Origin: Eledone cirrhosa
Lineage: Eukaryota
Assembly: GCA_964016885.1 (NCBI GenBank)
Contig: OZ024746.1
Coordinates: forward strand, 89,900,001 to 89,964,000
Reading direction: 5' to 3'
Length of the DNA: 64,000 bases
The notes beneath the pieces were generated by a model. The model had not been told where the DNA came from. It searched no databases and saw only the letters and a program-made list of their open reading frames with translations. This document shows positions 1-14,431 of this stretch, in pieces. The position numbers and the translations under genes were made by a program. Position 1 is the stretch's first letter. Each line of letters opens with the position of its first letter.

Positions 1-442
1 TAATTACAAATATTACAAATATTAATAATAGAAGTGGGATGTTTTCATTTTGATTATGTGTTTTTAAAATAGGCAAAGTGTCTCCTATATACAAAAGCAA
101 ACATGTCATTTCATGAGTAATAAAAGTATTTTAATCTGACATTTACAGTGTGAAATATATAGTGTAAGTCAACCAGTACCCACCTATCGAAACTTATATT
201 GTAAAATGTTTCAGATCTGTTAATATAAAACTATATATATATCAATGTCGATGTATGGGCATTCTTCTTTATGAGGAATGAACTTAACGAAAAATATGAC
301 ACGTCTCAATGGATACATACTTCTTATATATGATTGACATATTCATTTTTTACACGGTTAAGGTGGATCGGACATGTCCATTGAAGTAAAGTAGACGGCT
401 AGGCTAGAGGGCAACGTGAATAGTACTACAAATTATACATAT

Positions 443-486
<44 letters not shown>

Positions 487-488
<2 letters not shown>

Positions 489-3400
489 TCTCGCCGGACG
501 CCTCATCGTGGCGAAGGGGTGCCAACCACTTATCTTATTGGGCAAAGAATCGGCAAATACAGGCGGCAGGCGTCGGGTTAGAAACCCAGCACTGCTGTAA
601 AAATTCTAACCGCTAAAGAAACAGCAAGAAAAAAAAAAATGAAAAAAAAAACGATCTGCGTAAAGATGAAGGCGTGGGAAACACTCCACTCGTGACGGAC
701 CTCAACTAAAGCCGAACGTACGTTGGTGTTCCGATAAGCCGGATTCTGAGCACCAAAACAATGATGCAAATTGTAACTTGGAACGTGCGTACACTATACT
801 TCGCGAGTTCGACCACTACCTGCTGGACATTCTGGGCGTGAGTGAAATGTGCTGGAGCGACAGCAGAAAGATGAGTTCCAGCGGAGACACAATTCTGCTC
901 TACTCTTGACACCAAGACAAGTATGATCATGGCGTTGGACTTGTGCTTAGCGCCACAGAAACTCGAGCATTGATCGGATGGGAGCCAGTCAGCGAGCATA
1001 TTATAACCTCCCATTTTCAAAGTGGGCATGCGAAAATCATTTTTGTTCAGGGTTACGCAACGATTGATGACGCAACCGACATCGACAAGGACGCCGTCTA
1101 TAAACAGCTGCAGAACACATTTAATAACTTGCCCAGCCATGACATCAAGCTACTGATCGGTGATTTAAAAGCTCAGATTTGCTACAACAGACAGGGACTG
1201 GAACAGGTCACTGGGCCATTCGGTTCTGCTGCGGTCACCAAGGACAACGGGGAGTTGACTGCAGCTGTTTTGTGCCATCAGCAGCTTGTGCATTAGCCAC
1301 ACCTATTTCAAACAAAAGGCGGTTCACAAGGTTATTTTGCAGTCTGCGGACCAAAAAAGCCGAAATGAATTCGACTAGATCTGCATCAACCAGCGCTGGC
1401 GGTCCTCGGTACATGACCTCAGAGTGCATCGAGTTGCGGACGTGGGATCAGACCACCACCTACTGCGTGCGGAACTTCAGCTGCGCCTGAAGAATCGGAC
1501 ACGACAGGAAAGACCAAAGCCATATGCAGTGGAGAAGCTGAAAAAACCCGGCCAAGCGCGACTGTACCAACTGGAGCTACACAACCGATTCCAGCAGTTG
1601 AGTGAGGCTGCAGATCTGGAAGATCAATGGGCGATGTTCACGACAGCGGTGACTTAGGCGGCACAAGAAACTATTGGCCGAAGACGAGGAACGAAGAGGG
1701 AAAAATGGATCCAAGAACCAACGTGGAACCTGATTGACAGATGATTAAAGGCAAATGTCGAGCGAGATTCTGCCACATCGGAAGAAGACCACAAGAAAAG
1801 AGATGCCGTATAGCGCCAAATCGACCGACTGGTAAAGCGAACCTGCATGCGGGACAAACGTGACTGGCTGGAGAAGAAAAGTGCTGAGGCAGAGGAAGCT
1901 GCTGGTCAAAACGACACAAAAGCACTGTTCCGCATCGTGAGGGAGTTGACAGGAATGTCGAGCGGTGCCAGCATGACAGTGAAGGACACAAATGGCAGAC
2001 GTTTGCCACTGGAGCGGAACAGGAGCAGAGATGGTTGGAGCACTTCAGGGAGACGCTGAACCAACCAAATCCGGTCGCCCTGATAGACTTGACCGCAGAG
2101 ATTCCAGTAACCACTGAGGTACTCAAAGTCTGCGAGGACCATATCACCAAGCAAGAGACGAGAGATGCGATTAGCCACTTGAGGAACGGCAAAGTAGGCG
2201 GACGGGATGAGATCTCTGCTGAGCTGGTCAAATTCGATGAGGAGAGCACTATAACGGCGTTGAGAGACTTGATGAACCACTGCTGGACTGTTGGTCGGGT
2301 TCCCCTTGAGCGGCAGTGCAATGAAGGGAAACCTGGAAGACTGCAACAACTGGCGTGGTTTCACATTGTTGTTAGTCCCAGGCAAGGCGTTCTGCACTGT
2401 GCTGCTGCGTCGACTCCGGCAGGCTGTCGACTCTGTGCTCCGGGAGGAACAAGCCGGCTTCCGAAAAAATTGATCTTGCACGGAACATCTTTACACTACG
2501 CAACATTCTCGAACAATGCGTTGAGTATTTAGCGGTCAATGTTATTGATTTCCAGAAGGCATTTGACACTGTACACCGGGAGTCGCTGTGGAATGTTGCG
2601 CAACCATACGGCATTCCTGCAAGATTCATCGCCAATTTCAAGGCCCTGTATGGAAACTCCACCTGCTGCGTGCGGACTGAGTCCGGTGTGACGGATTTAT
2701 TTGACATTGTCTCCGGAGTCAGACAAGGTTGCATTCTCTCTCTACTGTTGTTCCTGCTGGCAGCCGATTTCGTACTAAGGCAAATGGATGAAGGACCCGG
2801 TCGAGTAATCTCATGGAGAGGGCAGTTGAGGCTGGGGAACCTAGCATTTACCGACGACATCACTTTGATCGTTGAAAACAGGCCCTAACAACATCCCTAC
2901 AAGAGAGTGCGGAGAAAAGATCGGCCTGAGAATCAAAACCAAAATAACCAAGGTCATGAAAACGGCCAACACAGGTCCAGTGATCAGAGTCAACCAACAG
3001 GACCGCGAGGAAGTCGATCACTTAACCTATCTGGGCAGCATCATGACAAGCAGCGGCGACGCGGAGCTCGACATCAACTGTCAGATTGGTAAAGGAGCCG
3101 CAGTTTTCCAGCGATTGTGCCCAGTCTGGTCGTCTTCATGCATTAGCACCAAGACCAAGCTCTGACTGTACAAGAGCATCGTGCTGCCGACAATGATATA
3201 TGCGAGCGAGACCTGGAAGATTATGGCAAAAATAGAGAGATGGTTGAACGCTTTCCACCAGCGGTGCCTGCGAAAGATCATTCGTGAGTCCTGGCACGAC
3301 CGAGTGTGAAACGAGGAGATCCTGCGGAGAGCCGAGTCATGGACGCTGCAGAGAGTTGTCAGGGAGCGTCGGTGCTGTCTGGCTGGCCATATTCTGCATC

Positions 3401-3626
3401 TGCCAAATGAACGGCATTCGAAAACAGCGATGAACTGGACTCCGCCTGGCGGTAAACAGAGGTTGTTTGCCCATGGATCACCTGGCGACGAACGTTCCGC
3501 AAGGATCTGATGGCAGACATCATCACCTGGCACGGTCTCGAAAATGTTGCTCTGATCGTGACCGTTGGGTCACATGACTGGTCGATGCGCCGAACGGCAC
3601 GGAGGATCTAAGACTAAGATTAAGAT
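487..3626 (+). mobile_element. Near full-length, decayed RTE-clade LINE (APE endonuclease plus RT; many stops and frameshifts)
   Basis: Motifs in order across frames: IVTWNVRTL (~771), LLIGDLKAQI, GSDHHL, WRGFTLL, EEQAGFR, GVRQGCILS, LAFTDD (FADD-like), YLGS, YASETW, AMNWTP. The 3' end is a short tandem tail (ctaaga/ttaaga, ~3608-3626). Visibly GC-richer than its flanks. Confidence 0.92.
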
Positions 3627-3884
3627 ATGTATATGCAAACAAAAAAGAAGAATGTAAATCATTATAAAAGGAAAACAATAGATTTCAAGTTATCGTGGAA
3701 CACCATTCTACAAAGAACTCCATATCTTGGGAACAGGTGGGAATGCAGATTATGTTCAGGGGAGATCTCGGAAATTACTAAATCTAAGGACAATTTATTA
3801 AATAAAAGACAGGATTTGATCATAGGTTGTAATCACCGTATACGAAGAACATTTAAATACTATAAACCTAATGAAATACTATAA
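3627..3884 (+). pseudogene. 3' fragment of a Hydra-type PLE endonuclease C-terminus
   Basis: ORF reads LSW...PY...ECRLCSGEI...LLNKRQDLIIGCNH, the same CxLC-E...LLN-R--L---C-H pattern as the C-terminus of the 31-32 kb element. Confidence 0.65.
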
Positions 3885-4103
3885 ACCTAATTAAATATTC
3901 TAAATAGCAACTCACTATAATTCCATGTAGAGTAACATTTATTAGTACCGCTTTCCACTAATTATATGCATTCATCCTAATTTTTGCCTTTTACTGTTTT
4001 AGCTTCCTTAGATTTATGCGTTACTGACTAAAGGCAACAAGATACACAACCACCCGTAATTGCATGAGTAAATATATATCTATGTATGATATGGAAATAT
4101 ATT

Positions 4104-4158
<55 letters not shown>

Positions 4159-4185
4159 GTATATATATATATATATATATATATA

Positions 4186-4361
4186 ATGTAGGAGGTGAGT
4201 TTTATGTTGATTTAAAACTGCACTATCCACAAGTGTTTTTTAGCCTTCATATCATGTCCTCCTGTTTTATCTGATGAAAACACAAATATTATTGCATGAT
4301 GATGTTTGTTTTTGAAATGCGCATAATAAAATACATGGAACTCCTTTAACCATCTTTTGAT

Positions 4362-4368
<7 letters not shown>
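4186..4368 (+). mobile_element. Short pseudo-LTR remnant of the Hydra-type PLE family between (TA)n tracts
   Basis: 4206-4368 matches 33714-33880. 4186-4205 (tgtaggaggtgagttttat) matches the inverted element terminus at 30345. Confidence 0.8.
4265..4331 (+). ncRNA. Minimal type I hammerhead ribozyme motif
   Basis: Stem I ttttat/ataaaa, CTGATGA at 4271-4277, long stem II, GAAA at 4314-4317, stem III t-gcgc-a with a palindromic loop, cleavage triplet AUA. Confidence 0.8.
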
Positions 4369-4402
<34 letters not shown>

Positions 4403-4616
4403 ATTTATATGTGTGTATGTGTGTATGTGTATATACTTATATATGTATGTGTGTATGTGTATGTGTGCATATATATATATATGTGTATATATAAAATATA
4501 TCTGTTTGTGTGTGTGTATATGTGAGTATAGGTGTATGAGTGTTTATATATGATTATGTGAACATGTATGAGGAGTGTACATATACTCACACATGTATAT
4601 ATATGTGTATGTGTGG

Positions 4617-4698
<82 letters not shown>

Positions 4699-4699
4699 G

Positions 4700-4745
<46 letters not shown>

Positions 4746-5805
4746 AGTGTGTGTATATATATATAAATATATATGTATATATATGGGTATAGATGTGTAT
4801 GTGTGGATATAGATATGTATGGATATGTATGTATATGATTATATGCATACGTGTAAACGTGTATTTAGGTTTGCATCTATTTGTGCGTATGTATATTTTT
4901 GGTTGAATATTGATATAACTGTACCTCTCTCTATATGTAGTGTTGATATATGCACATTGTAATCTATGAAATGTATGTGTTTTAACTATGCCAACAGGTA
5001 TTTATCTGAGTTTGATTATTTATGCATAAACATACTTGATCGTATTTTAGAGCGTCTCATATTATACTAAGTGCAATTTAATACACCGTACTATATTGTG
5101 TTGGTTAAATTGTATATTATCGCATTACTGTATTATCATTATCTTATTATAATTTTTATCTTTTAATATACCATCTTTCCTAGCCATAACCTTAATTTAT
5201 ATTCACCTTAAAACTCAATACAACACTAATCACCCTTTTATTTTGACATTCCTTTAAATTCACTATACCAGATACATTCAACTATCAGTTTGACAATCCC
5301 TTTCCTCCTAATATATTTGCTATGCCAATTCTACTATTAACACCTTTCAAAGGGTCATTAGCTCAACTAAAGTGTATTACTTTTCATCTGGACACTATAT
5401 GAAAGAACAATTTGATTAGTTAGTTCTTCAACAGCCCACCAAATAAGGACATAATACTAACATACTACTAATTCTGAATAAAATTATTATTGCTTTTGAA
5501 AACAGCTGGTGATATGCATGTAAGTAAATATATTCTTTATCTGATAGTTTGTAACAAACCTTACATAGATCAATAAATGAGTATAGCTACAATGTAATAT
5601 CATCATTTTGAAACGATCATAAAGCAGTGAAGTATATCTCTAATGACTTGATTTTTTATTTCATTGTTTTAATTTATATCATGACTCTGTTTTCCTTTTA
5701 ATGTTTTATTATTTTCTGAGTTTTATCTTAACCTACAACATTTTCAACATATGGATTACATCGAGTTCTTCATGCAGAATAGACCCCACAACTTACTGTG
5801 GTACC

Positions 5806-5841
<36 letters not shown>

Positions 5842-5842
5842 A

Positions 5843-6679
5843 AATATGGTTGCTGTGTAGTGAGTAGTTAAGTTAGGCTTAACAATGGAATTAGAATAAG
5901 AAGAAATCAAGAACGGTTGTTCCTCATTTGTTTTCTTCTGGCGCTCTCGGATATTTCAACACTTTAAATACACTATACCTACCCCCAGGGCGTTCAATAG
6001 CCGGGTAAGTTATTGGAAAAACAGTGGGGGAGAGAAGGAAAATAGAAGGGAAAAGGGGAAAAGAGAGCCCTCTCCCGTTCTTGCTTTCTTCTTATTCTGA
6101 TTACATTTTAAAGCCTAACTGAACTACCAACTACACAGCCACCCTATTCTCCATATATTTTATCATCTTTCGCTGTGATCCGACTCTCTTCTCTCTCCCT
6201 CTACCTACCTATTTCGTTACTATCTACTGTTCCCCCTCTTTCTTCCTCTCCCTTCCCGCTCTCACTTTCACTCACCCTCTCTCTTGCCTGCTACCTCATT
6301 GTTTCCCCCCGCCTGACCTCCTAGCAGTCTTTTTCTCGCTCATACTCGCTTGGGTCAGTCGTGTTTTTAGTTCGATCACACGCTCTCGAACTTATGTTCT
6401 ATTACCACCGTGGTCTTGGATTCTCTCGCCTCCAGTTGCTGCACATTCTTCGGTTTGTTGTTTTTTTAGCTGTTTTCTCTTTTGCCCCTTTCCCCTTACA
6501 TTTTCTTTCTCTTCGTCCTCCGTTTTCCCAATAACTTACCCGGTTATTGAACGCCTGGGAGTCAATATATTGTCTTTAACGCGCTCAAATATCCGAGACC
6601 CCCAGGAGACGACTGAGGAGGAAAACTTTCCCATCCCCCCTTTCTTTATTTCGTGTTATACTCTTTCCATTTTGAAGCC

Positions 6680-6680
<1 letters not shown>
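5843..6680. repeat. Complex inverted-repeat remnant between (TA)n tracts (probable PLE UTR/pLTR)
   Basis: 5843-5916 is a diverged inverted copy of 6075-6148, and 5921-6068 is a diverged inverted copy of ~6470-6619. Confidence 0.6.
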
Positions 6681-6750
<70 letters not shown>

Positions 6751-6755
<5 letters not shown>

Positions 6756-6916
6756 AACATGTTTAACCCCGACGGCAGAGCTCAAGCCGTTTCGGCGGCT
6801 ATTTCTGGACTAGAAATAGCCGTCGAAACGGCTTGAGCTCTGCCGTCGTGGTTAAACAATTTCCTATGAACTCTGGTAGGTTATGGTCCATCTAGTTTCT
6901 TACCGCACCTCCTTCG

Positions 6917-6920
<4 letters not shown>
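6751..6920 (+). mobile_element. Fold-back hairpin built from the 3' half of a hammerhead ribozyme, plus tail; PLE pLTR remnant
   Basis: Near-perfect palindrome at 6751-6867 containing stem II, GAAA, cggc-ttgagctct-gccg and TC. Homologous to 57550-57731. Flanked by (TA)n. Confidence 0.75.
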
Positions 6921-6962
<42 letters not shown>

Positions 6963-7589
6963 CGATAATATCTAACGGCGCTTAGCTGTGTTATATGTGT
7001 TGTTGTCTGTTAATAAAGACTTAACCTCAATATATATGTGAATAATAGAATACAATACAATACAACATACCATTCATCATAATAATATTAACTCATCTCC
7101 CTCCTTTGTATGTCATTGTCTACTCAATTTCCTGTAACATTTATTGAATTTTATCATAGTTCATTATATATAAATCGATTATGAGTAAACAAAACTCTCG
7201 TATTTGTGATTAGAGAAAATGTTCAGTCCATAAAACTAAGGATTCCTTTGAATAGCAGTCCATAATCATGACTTTATCTTGAAATAAAATCTGAATTCTT
7301 TGTTAAATACTACGGCATGTTTCAATGTTACTGTCACCACTCAAATGAAATAGAACACCACCATGAAAATGGTCATAAAATATACATGACTATTCCCCAA
7401 TTCTGAAAAATCAAGCCAGAAAATATTTGCACCCACATAACAGAAGTTCATTGGGTATATATCGGTCTCGATAATATCGTTTCGTTTTCCAGCATTTTGT
7501 TCCAAGTACCTAAAAGTTACAGCCTCATCTTATTTTATATAGGAGGGCTTGTATGCATTTGAACCACCATAATTGGCAGTGAAATCATC

Positions 7590-8150
7590 TTAGACACATA
7601 TGTTTCAGGGTAACAGTAATATACATGAATTTAATAGTGTAATTCTTATGGGATGCATATTGAAAGATGGCCGGTTGAAATATACGTTTTAATAAAATAA
7701 AAAAGATAGCCCAGATAATAAACACATTAAAAGCTACAGCAATGTAGAAGACATCCATGTACATCATATGAAAGAGTACTGGTAGAATGTTCCAGTAAAA
7801 ACCCAAATAAAATGCAGGCATAACAGACCAGATATTATGATATGGGACAGGGAGAAGAAAGCATGCACAGTAGTGGAACATGTCTGCCCAGCTGATGCCA
7901 ATATAATATCAAAGATTAGCGAAAAGGAGAATATTTATACCGAACTGATGACAAATCTGCAGATACTCCACCCTGATTACACCTTTAGATGCCTGTGATT
8001 TTGGGGGCACTAGGTTATGTTAGTAACTGCCTCAATACAAATCTTGAGAAGCTAGGCTTCACAGGAACAGAAAGAACACAACTAGTTAGGAAATTACAAG
8101 TAGAATCCAAGTAAAAATATGTAAAACATTCCAAAAATGTTGCATCTAAT
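7590..8150 (+). mobile_element. R4/Dong-like non-LTR retrotransposon 3' fragment (restriction-like endonuclease)
   Basis: Translates HNRPDIMIWDREKKACTVVEHVCPADANI...KENIY...MPVILGALGYV, a PD-(D/E)xK REL domain. Confidence 0.8.
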
Positions 8151-8615
8151 AACTGCATATACACATGTACAGATACAAAGCATACACATGCAGACATACA
8201 ACTCAAAACATACACATCCACATGCAGACATACAACTCAAAACATACACATCCACACATACGATAACATCCATATCTACACATGTATGCATACATAATCT
8301 ACCTAGATGATGTTGTGTAAATTCCAATGAGAGAGTCTTGTGTCTATGTTAGAAACCGTCTTTCTCTCTATTGGCAAAGATTTGTGAAATTATAAAACCA
8401 GAAGAACATACATATATATATATGAAGTTTGCCTGCTCCATATAAAGCTCAACCATGTCTTGCAATTTATATTTGTTCCCTCCCGGCATCATACTACAAA
8501 TGGATTTTGAGTTCTCAAAGCCCGTGAAACACTCGTCCACGAATAATACAATGATGTCTCCATTCATTATTGTTTCTACATGCATACATACAATTAATAT
8601 ATATATATGCATATA

Positions 8616-9706
8616 CTAGCAGAAGTATTCGGCGTTGCTCGGATATTAAATAGTAGTTGTATATATCATTTACGTCAATACTTCAGTGCTGCTTCGAAAA
8701 CTATACTTTTACAAAATCATCGGCTTTGTCCAAAAGGGGTTCCTGCTCCCAGGCGCCCCCTACCCAATATGTGCCAATTCTGAGAGTTCACATTCATCCG
8801 TAGCACCAACGTAGCGGATGTGTCAAGTTTTGTGAAAATCGGTTGCGAACGCAAGAAGTTATGAAGTTTTGTTGCATTGCACTGCAATACTTCAGTCGAC
8901 TCCTAGGAAGTGGTTAAAGTGGTTAAAGGGGTTATCTGCCGGGGGGCCCTATAATCAATATCTGGAAAAATGACAGTGCCCATGACCATCAGGAGTACAT
9001 ACGTAACCTATGTCTTAAGTTTGGTGAAAATACTGTAAAAATACATGAGGTTTATACATATGCGTGTGCGTTCGTGTGTGTGTGTGTGTTCATGTGTGTG
9101 TATGTGTGGGTGGTTGTGTATGTATTTGTGTGTGCGTACGTATGTGTATGTCCGTCGGGGCATACATATGTACTGGCCTAAATCTTCACTATTTACTTTT
9201 ACGATTTTAATAACCTCTGTCATTTTCGTTTTCAATTTTATTTACATCATTCTTAAACTCCGGGGCTGGAAATCATTCTGTTATTTTAAGTAGAATATTT
9301 GTCTAACGACTCCATTTATACCATAAACTTGGTCTTGTCTTTGCATGAAATTGTTCTTCACGCTCCACATAATGACGTATTATACTCGCTTTTTTCCCGT
9401 TCAATGCCAAGGAACGTCTTCACGAACCAAAATATCGTCTTCCTGTTTTCGTTCGGTTGCAACGTTTCTCGAAATAATTACTTCTGCGTTCACAGATTAC
9501 TCTCAGTTCAATTTGAATGGGAAATTCCTGTTTCATCGATTTTCTCCGTAACCATAGAAGATTGTAGCTTGAAAGTCGACCCAACGCCTCATAGGGTCAT
9601 TCTGCATAACCGTGTACATTTTCGCTGCATTCCACCAAGCCGTTTCGACGGTTATCCGACTACACCTACATATACAACGTCCGGCACTTCCATTTTATAG
9701 AGTAGA
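8616..9706 (-). mobile_element. Non-autonomous Helitron
   Basis: On the minus strand: 5' A|TCtactctataaaa at 9706, subterminal hairpin (ccgagc-aac-gccga) and 3' CTAG|T at 8616. Confidence 0.7.
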
Positions 9707-9814
9707 TTTGTTTATATATGAATGACAAAAAGAAAATACAAAACTATACATTAATTGTTTCTACTAAACCTTCAATGTAAGACACAACCTACATATTTGA
9801 TAGGACTCCAGCTC

Positions 9815-9816
<2 letters not shown>

Positions 9817-9845
<29 letters not shown>

Positions 9846-9860
9846 CTTCTTCTTCTTCTT

Positions 9861-9891
<31 letters not shown>

Positions 9892-9920
9892 TTCTTCGTC
9901 TTCTTCTTCTTGTTCTTCTT
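9817..9920. repeat. (TCT)n microsatellite
   Basis: Direct reading. It explains the poly-S/R/K ORFs. Confidence 0.97.
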
Positions 9921-10609
9921 ATTTTGCTCCCCCCTGGAACATTGGGTGCGAGCCACCCCCACACAATGACATGTTCTGAGTCTGCTTTTCAACTCCACCA
10001 TGATGCACTGTGCGTCATGGTGTATCTAACTATTTTTTTAGGTCTTACTACGGCTGATTTCTTCCAGAGAGAAATAAAGAGATGGAAAAATGCAGAGAAG
10101 AATCATCCCCGGAGGAATAATAAAAAATGTTTACACTGCACATTTCATTTTTTCAAAGCTAAATCTGCCGATCAAAAATCAGTAATTCAACTCCCTGAAA
10201 ACTTTCAAATATATGCTGTTCTAGCATGAATATTATGCTAAGGATAAGCTGTCCACAAAGTAAGATTTACTTGCATATCCCCGCTCATATAAACACATAA
10301 ATACATGCATACGTGAGTATTAGAACAGAGGGAAATAACTCACCGAACGCGACAGTGTTGGGGGCCCCAGGGACCACATTTTTCAAGTTAGACATTTGAA
10401 ACCTCGTCTATTTGGTTCTTTGGCACTTTTTACATAGGTGTGTATATTTGTATGTCAGTCCGACCATGTCTACTACCATTTAACCGTGCACATCTGAATT
10501 TCAACCACCGCCCATTTCACAAATATATATTAGATACATGAATATATACACACATATATATGTACATGCATACATACAATTACATATATATATGCTTCCG
10601 TACATACAC

Positions 10610-10672
<63 letters not shown>

Positions 10673-10733
10673 CGCACACGCGCGCACACACACACACATA
10701 CACCCCCACACATACACCCCCCACACACACAAT

Positions 10734-10771
<38 letters not shown>

Positions 10772-11966
10772 ATCCATACATGTTCCTATATACATATACA
10801 TATATACATATAGATATATATCCATACATGTTCCTATGCACATATAGACATACACATACGTATTTAAACATGTGAATACAATTCGAACGAGAACGTTTGA
10901 ATATACATTGGCGACGTCACCCAATCATATAATAATTATCTTGTATTGGAAATAATACTGTCGCAATATCCCTATAAAAATTCATCCTTACAACGTAAGC
11001 ATAAGATAAATTAGTCGTAATGATCTTGGTCAGAAATATTTTGTGTATTAGTGAAACCTCTTATCCAACATATGTCAGTATAACGTTAATGATTAGTAAA
11101 CAGGAAATAACTATGTGTTCTCATAATATGCAGATACTGCGCCCGAACCACCAACATCTGTCTAATATTTCGAGTCCCACAACTATCGCTATTATTGAAC
11201 CGACATAGATTATATTTTAAATTATCCACCATAGAATTTGAATTCGAACAGTATTAGTTCTAACTAAATCATTCAATATAGTTTGTTTAGCTGTTCCAGT
11301 CTCTGAAGCTCAGCAACTTAACCACTACAGTATCTAGTTCAACAGAATGTTTTAAATTCAGAGGATATTATATATAATTAGGAAAGGTTACATGAATACA
11401 TTGATCTTCTGTGCATAGCTTGCACTGACTTTTCTAAGAGCCGAAAGTTAAATACGAATTCAAGCCTTGGATATTAACACAATATATATGACATGACCCC
11501 ATATAACTGTCAGTTAACCACCAAAAATATATATTTTAGCTAGTAAACCGCAATTACTGAGACACAAATAGGTTGAAACTATAGGATATTTATTTTAATA
11601 ATTTCAAAGCATCAAAACAACAGTAATTCTTGTTCAGATCAAATGTCATTTATGAATATAAAAAATACAAACGTAATGTTAGCAAACACAATGACTGAAA
11701 AAAAAAAAAAAAAAAAAAAAATAAGAGTATGCTACGGTTTCGTATATTTATGATTTTGGTCTGTGGTTATCTTTCAAAGAAAATCAAACAAGATTGGCAC
11801 TTTTAAATATCAGATATGACAAGATCAATTTTAGTTAGCTTTAGGTATGATTTATACTTTTGACAAATAGTAGTATGTCGTTTCGAATATTCTGAAAAGG
11901 AAGAAACAACGATTGAAGTGAGGCATTACAAGTACATCATGTTCACACAAGCATGTACACAAACAA

Positions 11967-12039
<73 letters not shown>

Positions 12040-12045
12040 GATACA

Positions 12046-12130
<85 letters not shown>

Positions 12131-12364
12131 TTATATATATGCATACATATATGCGTACATACATGCGTACATACATGCATACATATATGCGTACTTACAT
12201 ACTTATATAAATTTATATATACATACATACAGAAATACAAATATGCATACGTAAATATACATATTTTTTTTGCGTCTCAGTATACACGCATGTATGTATA
12301 TGTACGTATGCATATATGTATTTCTGTATGTGTGTATATATAAATTTATATATGTATGTAAGTA

Positions 12365-12404
<40 letters not shown>

Positions 12405-12644
12405 GTATATATATATAGTATATATATACGTATGTATATATATATGTATATATATGTATATATGTATATATGTTTATATGTGTATGTATGTGTATATATA
12501 TGTATATATATATGTATATGTATGTATGCATGTATGTGTATGTGTGTATATATGTATATATGTATATATATGGATATATGTATATATATATGTGTGTATA
12601 TGTACATGTATATGTGTGTATATATATATGTATTATCTCTTTCT

Positions 12645-13700
12645 CTTAATTTCGAGTATATTTTATTTTGACCTGCCACCTTCCTGGTGGCAAAGTTGTA
12701 AAAGAAAAGAAATTGTCATCCCTTAAATCGCAAGCATGTTTTGCAAAACTTGAAGGTGCCAACTATCGCAGCCATTTGTAGACTATGAATTAGGGAGCTG
12801 CGCACTTTGTCCGCAAATCCAAGTTGAGTCATACTTTGCTCCATGCGGGTTGGTATATAACCCGTAGCTCCAATAATGATGGGTAAGAAGCTAAAGGTGT
12901 ATCTTGAATACTGGATTTATACACTCATCCTCAATGGTCGGTAGATGTCCTCCTCTCCTGTATTTTTCTGACAACATTTACATAAAGAGGGCAGCTGATC
13001 TCCACAACAGAACACGTTTTCAATGAGTTGTCCCAAACAACATTATCAGGCTGGTTGCGCATTAATTTGGTGGCAATTTTTATTTTCAGGTTCCACCAGT
13101 ATTCCTTAGTGCCATCTGTCTCAATATATTCTTTCTCGTTTGTTGTTAATTTTGTTTTCCGAAGTGCGTTCCAGATGGTTCTAGCTATCCCATCGTTTTT
13201 CATGGGGAGGTAGTAGCGAGATGACATTCATTCGCAGCTGGCAACAATGTGGCTTACATCCTCGATCTTTGTTTTACATAGCCTATATTTATTGTCAGCT
13301 GCTGGCCCTCCTCTTTTGTGCAGCAGATATTTGGTAGGGAGTTCTTGTTCCCGTATTGCATAGAGATATCCCTCAAGGTGTGATGTCATACACTTGTCGG
13401 AACTCCATGCCATGCTTTTTGATTGGTTTATCCCCTCAATAGTCTGTGCTTTACGTCTCAAGTATCCATGCACAACCTTTTCTGTAAATTGGTCAATTTT
13501 TTCATCTTGTTTGAACATTGAATAGGATCTTCCGATTTCTCTGGGTGAGAGATTTATATCAGGCTTTATTCCATATCTCTCCTCAAGATCAGTCGCTATT
13601 CTAATGATATTTGTTTTCCATGCTCATAAACCTGGGCAAGATGATTGCCAACCTATTTCCTCTGTTGAAGGTGTTGCTTCAGTGTTACTATCCGGGTCTC
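12645..13700 (-). mobile_element. R4/Dong-like non-LTR retrotransposon 3' fragment (Zn knuckle plus REL endonuclease)
   Basis: HGYL..., EGYLYAIREQELPTKY, YRLCKTKIEDVSHIVASC (decayed CCHC), NQPDNVVWD...VVEISCP, LPIIIGATG. Confidence 0.85.
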
Positions 13701-14308
13701 ATATGTTATGTATATATGTATGTATATATATATGTATGTATATATCAGGTCACCAGTTGGTGCTACTGGTAACGTGTATCACAGTACAACATGTCTTATG
13801 GTCGGGTCGTTGTCGACTAAACTGGCAACCGCACCAAGGTTTCTTGGTGAGGAGGGTGACTTTGGACATCCTGCAGGACTAAAAACAAAACTGTCAAAGG
13901 GCAAAGGAGCTCTTAAGAGTCAATGGTCATCCAAAATCACCGGGAGAGATGACTCTGATATAACACCTGCAACTCTGATAGTATCCAATGATGTTGACTT
14001 GTTCTTCTTTTTGGTAAATATCATCTTGGTGAAGAGTATGGGACTGGCTTTGTGCAGTGCCTTTTCTCACTATAAAAGCTTTACGGCACAGGCATTGATT
14101 TATATCTGGAGATCTCTCTGCACTTGTCGTCACATGGTTCCATGGGCCCAGCACTATGTGTCAATAATTGTCACAAGTATAGAGTTTCTACCAGTGTTTT
14201 CAAGTCGCTGGCTGGACTAAAAAGTCACACTCGTTCAGCGCATCGGTAGGGTTTCTCATACATGGATATAAAGTAGTGGCTGTACTCGAAAACGAGTTGG
14301 CAGCAACC

Positions 14309-14431
<123 letters not shown>

